From Macrostomum lignano (Eukaryota): a stretch of DNA of 64,000 nt. Below the pieces are notes generated by a model, which saw only the letters and a program-made list of their open reading frames with translations, searched no databases and was not told the DNA's origin. The translations under genes were made by a program, and so were the position numbers. Below, piece after piece: positions 55,086 through 64,000 of this stretch. Within the stretch, counting starts at the first letter, position 1; each line of letters opens with the position of its first letter. The stretch spans positions 44,158 through 108,157 of the forward strand of contig NIVC01003267.1 in assembly GCA_002269645.1 (NCBI GenBank), written 5' to 3'.

Positions 55086-57089
55086 ATGACCACTTGGGTG
55101 AAGAAAAAGAGAACAGGAGAGAGGTTGCTACTAAGTGCCATTAGGGATACCAGTTCCAGCTCTCATGACGAGGAAGAGGGCATTTGTATGAAAAAATCAT
55201 CATTGCCCAGTGGAGCAGTTTGTTCTAAATGGACATTGGGTAGTCAACCTGAGGAAGGAGATAAAAATCATCAGGAGGATAGTAATAACAATTCGCCATC
55301 TGAATCCGTCTCCTCCGATTCAGAGACTGACGACTATGACGACCATGAATCTGATGTAGATCTGAGTGAGGCTTTGAAAGAATGGGCAATATCCGACAAC
55401 ATCCCACAGGCCTCTTTGCGACGTCTTCTGGCTGTTCTGCGCAAGAAAGACCCATCCCTTCCTATTGACCCGAGAACGCTGCTTGACTCTCCCCAGGTTG
55501 TATTAGGAGTTAAACACGTTGATCCAGGTAGCTATTATCATTTTGGGCTCCTGGATGGGATTAAAAGGCTACTTGACGATGTGGGCTTTGAGAATAATGT
55601 CAACTTGAACCTGGTTTTAAACATCGATGGTGTACCACTTTTTTCATCGACTGTGGACGGCTTTTGGGTGATTCTAGCCGCATTTCGTGAAATTCGGAAT
55701 TCTGTCTTTGTCGTTGGAATCTACCACGGCAAGGCAAAGCCTCAGAGTGCCGAGGATCTTCTCACGGATACTATTGAAGAGTTAAAGACGCTGGAGCAAA
55801 ATGATTTGGAGATTCGACCCGGTGTGAAAATTCTCCTTGCGTGTGTTTGCTGCGACACACCCGCACGCGCTTTTGTCAAGAATGTCAAAGGCCACTCTGG
55901 CTACTATGGTTGTGACCGTTGCATTGCAAAAGGTATATACATTTGTAACCGTGTTGCTTTCTCTGAGAATGGTACTCTCCGAAGTGACGCCACCTTTCGC
56001 GACAGAACTCAACCGGAGCATCACCACGGACCGAGCCCCTTTGAATCCTTGTCTATTGACATGGTGGCTCAGTTTCCACACGACATGTTGCACCTTATCT
56101 GCAAAGGAGTGACACTGAAGCTGCTGGAAGTATTAAGCAATGGTCCAAATAAGTACAGACTCGGCCAGAATGAGAAAAGGTACTTTGATCAGCTTATAAA
56201 AGAGACCTGCAAGGTTCTTCCTTGTGACTTTGTTCGAAAGGTGAGCCCTATTCGCCACCTTCACAAATGGAAGGCGACTGAATTGCGACTTTTTACAGTG
56301 TACATCATTCCGTTCGTCATCCCCAAGGTTGTACGTGATTCAAAGCTACAAACTATATTCATGACGTATTTCATCGCTATCTACATCATGTGCTGCGAAA
56401 GGAAACAATACCAAGGAGCGCAGAGCGTTGAATACATTCGCCGCCTTGTGTCATATATGCACGATCTCCTTCGCGATGCTCTCGGAAATGCATTTTTCAC
56501 ATACAATATTCACAACCTTCAGCACCTAGTTGATGACTTCAACCGGTTTGGTCCAATAGACACATTTAGCAACTTTAAGTTTGAGAACTTCTTGAGATTC
56601 ATCAAGAAGAAGATTCGATCGCCCAGTCAACCACTGAATCAGATTGTCAAGCGAATACATGAGAGTGGACAGTTTCTTGGGCAGCGTCCTGTATCCCTAT
56701 TGGGAATAAAGTCCCTGACACCCTTGCAACCCATCATTCGTGATGAGGGTGTAGCTTACCGGCGACTCGTACTGAATGATGTCAACACCATCCTGAAGAG
56801 GAAATCTCCGGATTCATTCGTCTTAACCTCTGATCACAAAGTCTTCAAAGTTTCTCATTTTGTGAAGGAGGGCGACGATATCAGGGCCATTGGCCGGCTC
56901 TTTTGTAGCCACGACAACTACTTTCTATTGCCGTTGCTGTCCATGGATTTAGACATTTTCAAAGTGTCTGAATTGTCGCGCTCGGTTTCTGTCGTACCTG
57001 TTGAACATATCATGTGCAAAATGTTCCTCTTTCCAGACGACGGTGGCCACCAGTTGGCCATACCACTTGCTCATACTTTCCGTCAGTGA
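55086..57089 (+). CDS. EnSpm/CMC-type DDE transposase, 667 aa, uninterrupted
   Basis: Motifs LNIDGVPLF (D1), CCDTPARA (D2), KGHSGYYGCDRC, HDMLHLICKG, WKATELRLF, YNIHNLQHL and SNFKFENFL (E). The ATG directly follows a TTTCAG acceptor, so an upstream exon is possible. Confidence 0.88.
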   Translation: MTTWVKKKRTGERLLLSAIRDTSSSSHDEEEGICMKKSSLPSGAVCSKWTLGSQPEEGDKNHQEDSNNNSPSESVSSDSETDDYDDHESDVDLSEALKEWAISDNIPQASLRRLLAVLRKKDPSLPIDPRTLLDSPQVVLGVKHVDPGSYYHFGLLDGIKRLLDDVGFENNVNLNLVLNIDGVPLFSSTVDGFWVILAAFREIRNSVFVVGIYHGKAKPQSAEDLLTDTIEELKTLEQNDLEIRPGVKILLACVCCDTPARAFVKNVKGHSGYYGCDRCIAKGIYICNRVAFSENGTLRSDATFRDRTQPEHHHGPSPFESLSIDMVAQFPHDMLHLICKGVTLKLLEVLSNGPNKYRLGQNEKRYFDQLIKETCKVLPCDFVRKVSPIRHLHKWKATELRLFTVYIIPFVIPKVVRDSKLQTIFMTYFIAIYIMCCERKQYQGAQSVEYIRRLVSYMHDLLRDALGNAFFTYNIHNLQHLVDDFNRFGPIDTFSNFKFENFLRFIKKKIRSPSQPLNQIVKRIHESGQFLGQRPVSLLGIKSLTPLQPIIRDEGVAYRRLVLNDVNTILKRKSPDSFVLTSDHKVFKVSHFVKEGDDIRAIGRLFCSHDNYFLLPLLSMDLDIFKVSELSRSVSVVPVEHIMCKMFLFPDDGGHQLAIPLAHTFRQ

Positions 57090-57808
57090 GACAGAGCTTA
57101 CTTTTTTAACATACTGCAAAGGTTTGATGTGTCTGCATTCAGAAGCAAATGCTATTCTTTAAACTTTAATCATGATACTTTTCTTTAGCTGTTATAATTT
57201 TGTACGTAAATTTATTTTAAGGTTCTAATAATATGTTATTTTCTTTAATTACGAGCTAGATTCTGTTTCAAAATATTCTACTCATGTTTGAACTTGCAAC
57301 TTATAGGCTTTTCTGTAAGCGTGTGGCAGCCTTGGACGTAGATCAACCAGTCGATGCAAAAAATTGAAGCATAGCAGATTGTTTAGAATCTTCAGCGTAT
57401 ACATATAACAGTAGTAATAGCAAAATTAATAATAATAATAACAATTTCTTAGCATCAAACCGTCCAGGCCTGACAAGCGTAGCCAATTAAACATACTACT
57501 ACTGTAATTTCGCCTCCTCAAAGTATAATTAATAAAATTACTCGTCGCAGTATAATATGGCCGTATTTTTGGCAACTTATTTGGTACTAAAATACATCAA
57601 AGCTGCTCTGTTCATCAATTATGTAGAAATCTCAAAATACAAGTATTGCAATAGTAGATTCATGAATCTGTAATGTTATAGAAAAGAGCTGTAATAAAAT
57701 CAGCGTAGATAAGATTATTTAATTTACTGCAGTTTTATATACTAATAGAACATTACAACCTTTTTTCATGCATTTGAAGCTCTGAAACACCTCCAGTGTA
57801 TCACAATT

Positions 57809-59660
57809 ATGAACACTGCAAAGTATCACCTAGTAAGCTTCGACGATGGCGCTCAAATTGTGCTGGACAGTTGGCTGTTCCGGGATGAAGATGGCAATGT
57901 CTTCTGCCTCCTCCCCAAGACAACCAAAGCTACTCAATGTATGCGCAACAAAACTGAACCACACCCATCCTGGAGGGAATTCAAGGTGTCGGAACAGCTC
58001 ATGTCTAGTGGTACGTTTTTAATGCTCTCTTCATGTCGAACAGTGCTAGTAATATAGTAGTATAATAGTATATTTAGATACAATGGTGAATCTATTGGGT
58101 AGAGTCAATGTTGCCGTCATTTTTGCCATGCTGTACTCCTTGAGCTCCCGCAGCTCTCGACATCGAGTTGAACGCCCTGTGGAAGTCCACAACACACACA
58201 GACAAAGGTCGATTGTGGTATGGGAAACCATACACACTGAAGGCTGGCACGACTCAACCTAAAAGCGCATGTATTTTTCGTAAATATGATTGCAGATTTT
58301 GCCTTACCCTTTCAGATAATCTGAACTTTCTCACTTATCGGCTGAAGCGATTGGAAGAAAAGAATAGTTTGAGTGAGACAGAAGTTGAGAGGAAACGACA
58401 AAGGCCGGCAGTAGAGAGGCTGGTTGATGGCTTTAGGACATCGTCGATTCCTGCTTCATCTTCCACTAGATCCAAAAAGACATCGAACATGCCACCGTCG
58501 TCTTCGGCTTCGGTTGTCGTATCTGAGCTTGCGTCACCACCTCCGCCTCCAGTTTTTCAACTATCGCCTTCACCACCTCAAGCATCAGTTACCGTACACG
58601 ATACATTCGAGAGCCAATCTGTGCTGGAATCTGCTACACAGGATCCTGACTTGAGGAGAAAGAATGAAACTGCCAGTTGCAACCGTCACTGCTGTCACAT
58701 GGAGAGTACATTGCCTTTTAATTTGATTTCATCTGACTTTACTCTGACAGTTTCAGTTTTTTGTATTGTATTGCGCTCGCGTGATACATGTCTCTACTCT
58801 GTTCTAGTGGTTATTTTACTACCTATTTGTAAATTCATGCCAGTATAAACAAATGCATGCGTTTGTATTGTTACTGCAGAGTGGCTGGCGAAGCTCTTTA
58901 CCGAAATGAAGGAAATGAAGGAAGAGATCTGAGCGTTAAGGTGTGGAAATACTACTGATGGCAATGGGATGTTGCACCAGTTGCCCATGAGCAGTGTAAA
59001 CGGGCTCCTGTCCTTCGCCGATGAGATAGCCACATGTACGGAAAAGAAGTCTGTCTTGGTGAGAGAAAATTTATAATTTTCTTACGTATGATCAGCTTCC
59101 TTTTTATCTACGAGCTCGTATGTACTTATTATTTAGTTGCTTATTTTCACATGTATTCCTGTACCTTTGCCGTATTCGTGCTACCTGCACGTATCGATCA
59201 CTAGTCCTACCAGTAGCTTGCAAAAATCTGAATTTTAGATTCACTACCTGTCCGGCTTCGCTGATGATGGCGTCAGTATCAGCCGAGTGACGACCACTCT
59301 GTTGAAGAAAATCGCCCTGCCATCTATGTTTAGTATGTTTACAACAACTGGCCGGCAGGATTCACGCATATTTCCCATCGGGCTTACTGCGGCCATAGAA
59401 AGTAAGTATGTTCGAACATGTGAAATCAACCTCTGTATGTATAGTCGCTCATTGTGACGCATGAAATACGTGTATATACACTGTACGTCATACTAATTGG
59501 CTCATCACTTTGTTTCACAGGAGTCATTCATAATAACAAGCGATTGAGATCTCGTTCACGAGGCGTTGGAGCGCAACATTTTGTGGCCGAGTCCTTGAAG
59601 CATATCAAACTCAAGGAGAAGAAGCGCGTAGAGACTGCGGATGACGTGAGGGAAACTTAG
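57809..59660 (+). pseudogene. Transposon accessory gene (DUF4806-like), 5 exons: join(57809..58010,58316..58705,58880..59058,59239..59401,59521..59660), 357 codons with one premature TGA at 58930-32
   Basis: Junctions are phase-consistent (1,1,0,1) and total 1074 nt. The N-terminus YHLVSF…IVLDSW…EP..SW and the C-terminal LPMSSV…/L…G..VS..V..LLKKI…F…G pattern resemble ORF2 of animal EnSpm elements (recalled). The exon 2 donor (GTACAT) is weak. Confidence 0.65.
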
Positions 59661-62495
59661 ACTTCGCTGTTGCTCTTCCTTCATTTTGGCTTCCTTCATT
59701 TGGCTTCTTCTTTCATCTCTCATGATGCCAGCTCATGCTGGAGAACTATAGTAGCTTGAATATTTTGTAAAGTTCAATCATGCAGCTGTTATCATACCTT
59801 TCATAAATCCATCAATTTTGACCATCTTACGAGCGTACATGGATATCATGTAACTGTATTGAAAATGGAGCTTGAAAATTGGTTCTATGATTGATTTTGC
59901 ATTACCGAGTTCTAAGACATAAATTATAAAATGGGTAACTTTAAGCATAAATAAAAATTTAGACTTTAGTTGTGTAAATAATAAAAAAGCAACAATTAGA
60001 TTTGAACGCATTTAGCCAGAGTCCGTAGGTATAGCGTTACCTGCGCCAAAAAATTTTCCAGAATGTGAGCACGTCTTCAAGTGTTCTCTATGAACAACAT
60101 GCAGCTATAGCTACACACAATCATTTAAATTTATTACGCTTGTGTTGCTTCCTTTTTGTTCAGTAAAACCAAATATTGTTTTGAACTGTCGTTCGTGCAC
60201 ATGTCTACTGTTCTATTGTTTTCACTACACTGTTTTGTATTATTTTACACTATGATACTATCTCTCATTTCCACTTCGATTGTTTCCAATAGCTAATATT
60301 CTAATATAGTATTCCATAGTATTCCATAGTATTCCATACTTCTAGTATTGCAAATTTCTACTCCGTAGCTTTTATTATTGCTCTACTTTCTATTATTCTA
60401 CAGGCTACTAGCTCTGTTGCTATGCTCGCATTTGTCTTCATCCTTGGATTTGTTCCATGCCACTGTTTTCTACATTAACTATATTCTGTTTTGTTTGTAC
60501 TAACTTTTTGGCGCTATTTTCCGTTCTCCATCTTTTAATCTAATTTTTTTACCGTTCCTTTTCATGAATTTTCATATGCTAATATAAGAATATACTCGTA
60601 AATTACAATTTGTACCGGTATTTCAAGCGTGGTTAGTGTGCATTACTTATATCCACACACATAATTCAATAAGGTTGACTTCAGAATGCAGAGATAACTT
60701 TCAATCATAAAGCTAGTAACATTTATTTTCTTGAAACTTCATACAAGTCATTTTGTACATTGAAAAAGCCATTTTTATACGGTAAAATTTCAGTAAATTT
60801 TTTACGTCAAAACAACGTCACAAATCTAGGTCAAAATTACGTAAAAAATATCGACAGAATTGACGTCATTTCGACGTCATAGTTTGACCGATTTTCAACG
60901 TCATTTTGACGTCGCGCAACGTCACTTTGCTACCCGGGCAACCGTGTAACCATGCACAGTCGCCAGAGTGTAAATCAATCCGTGCTTTTCGGTGAGGAGG
61001 CATCCAACGAATTGACAACACACACACACACACACACACACACACATCTTTTCTATTTCTAAGAAGCCGGGGCACCACACTGCTTGAAGAGCATCGATCG
61101 AGGCATCTGCCTTCAGTCCCGCGCTGCGAAGCTGTACTGTGTTCAGTTGGATGCTGTTGTTGAGGTTGCACATATAGCGGATCCGTACAGAACAGGTTTC
61201 GGCCCCATCGCAGCACAGTGGTGCAGATCCTGGCTCTTCGTCCTGGAGTCGCGGATTTGTCAGTAGATCCCGATTGAGATATCTTAATAGATTTCAAGAA
61301 GGCCTTCAACGACCGGTCGTCAGAGCCGCGTGCTTTCAATGGTGCTTCTTCGAGACATTCTCTTGGGTCCTTCTACTAAAGTAGTCCTTGTGCGCTAGCA
61401 CGGCGTTCCTGCTTCTTCTGGTGTTTGACTGGGTGCTTCAGAATGCTCTTCCTACCAACGACGATGGCCGTCTGCTGTGCGACGCGTGGGTCGACGCCAA
61501 CCGGAGAGGCTCTGACTTCGTTGGTCACTGGCCTTTATCCAGGCGGAGCTTCTGGACCTTCAACAGGTGGCACCAGCTCACAGGGGACTATGGACATATC
61601 TACATGTATATGTTTTTAGCTGATGTTAGACACATGCTGATGAAATTTGGAGGCTTGGCAAGGCTGCAATGAGGCGCAGTGCTGATTGGCGCACAGGTGT
61701 GTACTGAATACACTGGCGCTTATGGGAGAAATCCGACCTTCTGGCAGAATTGTTGAATATCTCAAAGATCGGAGGGTTGACGAATTGATAAGTGTTTTTG
61801 AAGGTGCGCAACAAAAAGTTCGCCCATGTTCCTGAATTTTGTGCCGCCTGCGTTGCTCCGTTCCGGCGCAGCTAAAATATTTCTGGAGGATGACTCGTAG
61901 AACTACTGTTAATATAGGGCTTTGGGAAAGTTTACAGAATCCGCTGAATGGATGCAGATGCAGTTTACAGAAACGGTCCTTCATAGCAATTTCCCATCGG
62001 AAGTGAATTTTCGTTGGTCAGAAACTTATTATGTAAGATTATTTTCAGTAAGGTTTCAGTAAATTATGAAACCCTTTCTAGACCTCGGCTTGCTGCCACA
62101 CATCTAGCAGTGCATTTAAAGAAAGCTTTCATGATTTTGCAGTTTAGCAGTAAATAACTGCCTAGTCATAACGAGAAATTAAATCTGCAGGTAAAGACAT
62201 CGCAGAATGTTTTGAAAATTTCCAGTAAAACCATTTATGTGAAGCCATATTTGTGAAGTATGTGCAGACTGCTTTCTGCGCGACTCCCGAACTCACGATA
62301 ATGGATGCGGCCAGCCCCAGTGAGTGTGGGAGCGAATGTACGAGCTAAGAAGACCTGCAAAGGCCGAGAGTGCATGTGCGAGAGCTGCAAGTGCTAGGAC
62401 GGAAACTGCAAGAACGGCAGGTGCGAGAGCTGCAGGTGCGAGGGCTGCTAGTGTGCCGCAATCACGTCGTGACGTCACTGACAAAGGGCGCAGTC

Positions 62496-64000
62496 AGGAA
62501 CGGATGCGATCTACGAGTATGTGCATGTACACTCATACATTGGGATACAATTGCAAGTGCTGAGCCAATTTCAAAAATAATAAAGTAATACTGTTCCTGG
62601 ACTCATCTTTATATAATTATACATAGCGCTTGGCAACATATTATTCGTCTGATATTTTATTCTGTCAATCAACATATCAGGAGAATAAATATATTTCCCA
62701 GTAGTACAGCATAAACCAGTATAGTTTTCATTTTTGCTTAATAAATGAGGCTGTTCAACTACTTCTTTAGACGTAACACATAATGTTACAATTCATTTTA
62801 CACAATCGTTCATGACGCGTGAAAAATTTTAATAATGTTTAACGCAAACTCGTTTACTGCTACTGTCAGTAAAGTCCTTTGGAAACTCTCTTAATTTATT
62901 TTCAAGCAGCAAGTTAAAAAATGAAAGCATTCAAAAAGAAAAAAGATTACTGTAGATACTTTTGATGGGCTGAAGTGTGTTAATATTTACCATGTTGGCT
63001 GAAGTTTTGGCTTAAACTTTTAAGGTGTTTCATTATTTACAATTTTTTATCTTTGAGTACAGTCAGTCTGATAGCAAGTATATTTTAATAAATAGTATTG
63101 ACTTTATTTTTTATCACTGAGCTCTAATTCTGTTATTCTGCATGGCACTCTTCGCTCGTCCAGCAGCCCCAATTGATTGGGGGCGTCGCCATAGATTTTA
63201 TAGTGAGGTTACAGAGCCAAGAATTCTGCAGAGCTGAATTCCTTACATTATTTTGGCAATCGCTGTTGTTAGCACTCATCTTGGCGCCGCAGGCAGGCAC
63301 TCATCTTGGCGACGCCCCCAATCAATTGGGCTGCTGGACGAGCGAAGAGTGCCATGCAGAATAACAGAATTAGAGCTCAGTGATAAAAAATAAAGTCAAT
63401 ACTATTTATTAAAATATACTTGCTATCAGACTGACTGTACTCAAAGATAAAAAATTGTAAATAATGAAACACCTTAAAAGTTTAAGCCAAAACTTCAGCC
63501 AACATGGTAAATATTAACACACTTCAGCCCATCAAAAGTATCTACAGTAATCTTTTTCTTTTTGAATGCTTTCATTTTTTAACTTGCTGCTTGAAAATAA
63601 ATTAAGAGAGTTTCCAAAGGACTTTACTGACAGTAGCAGTAAACGAGTTTGCGTTAAACATTATTAAAAATTTTTCACGCGTCATGAACGATTGTGTAAA
63701 ATGAATTGTAACATTATGTGTTACGTCTAAAGAAGTAGTTGAACAGCCTCATTTATTAAGCAAAAATGAAAACTATACTGGTTTATGCTGTACTACTGGG
63801 AAATATATTTATTCTCCTGATATGTTGATTGACAGAATAAAATATCAGACGAATAATATGTTGCCAAGCGCTATGTATAATTATATAAGATGAGTCCAGG
63901 AACAGTATTACTTTATTATTTTTGAAATTGGCTCAGCACTTGCAATTGTATCCCAATGTATGAGTGTACATGCACATACTCGTAGATCGCATCCGTTCCT
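62496..64000. repeat. Long inverted repeat: arms 62496-63191 and 63307-64000 (continuing past the window end), 115-bp spacer
   Basis: Comparing the arms by eye shows four single-base homopolymer-length indels and no substitutions. Confidence 0.97.

Larger units (their letters stand above)
53299..60938 (+). mobile_element. CMC/EnSpm (CACTA-superfamily, CCC-terminus type) DNA transposon, 7640 bp, two genes
   Basis: TIR CCCGGGTAGCAnnnnTGACGT at both ends. CAA direct repeat at 53296-98 and 60939-41. Clustered (T)GACGTC subterminal motifs. Internal transposase and spliced ORF2. Confidence 0.88.

Noticed and set aside
62324-62563. 79-aa ORF with AGARA repeats
   Set aside because: It is driven by a short degenerate 18-bp repeat, with no other coding evidence.

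Overview
This is eukaryotic (metazoan) genomic DNA. GC-rich exons with Ala/Gln runs, intron-filling minisatellites and AT-rich transposon debris resemble the flatworm Macrostomum; that assignment is an inference. Five host genes can be reconstructed by hand from canonical GT-AG sites: SRPK (-), an intronless rps29 missed by the ORF track (+), a FAM149/DUF3719-like gene (+), an intronless class A GPCR (-) and numb (-, 7 coding exons, 496 aa). Mobile DNA includes a 7.6-kb two-gene CMC/EnSpm-type transposon with CCC termini, a 3-bp TSD, an intact transposase and a spliced accessory gene carrying one nonsense codon. There is also a four-level nest of non-autonomous DNA transposons, several Mutator-like elements, a LINE 3' fragment and a probable tRNA-derived SINE. 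About 20 distinct tandem arrays are present, most inside introns, and a near-perfect inverted repeat runs off the right end. No CRISPR, rRNA or true tRNA is supported. All homology calls come from recalled family motifs, not from searches. Nothing here is a demonstrated new system. The best leads are the two-gene transposon, the intron-private minisatellites, the nested TE stack, a possible orphan spliced gene and the terminal palindrome.
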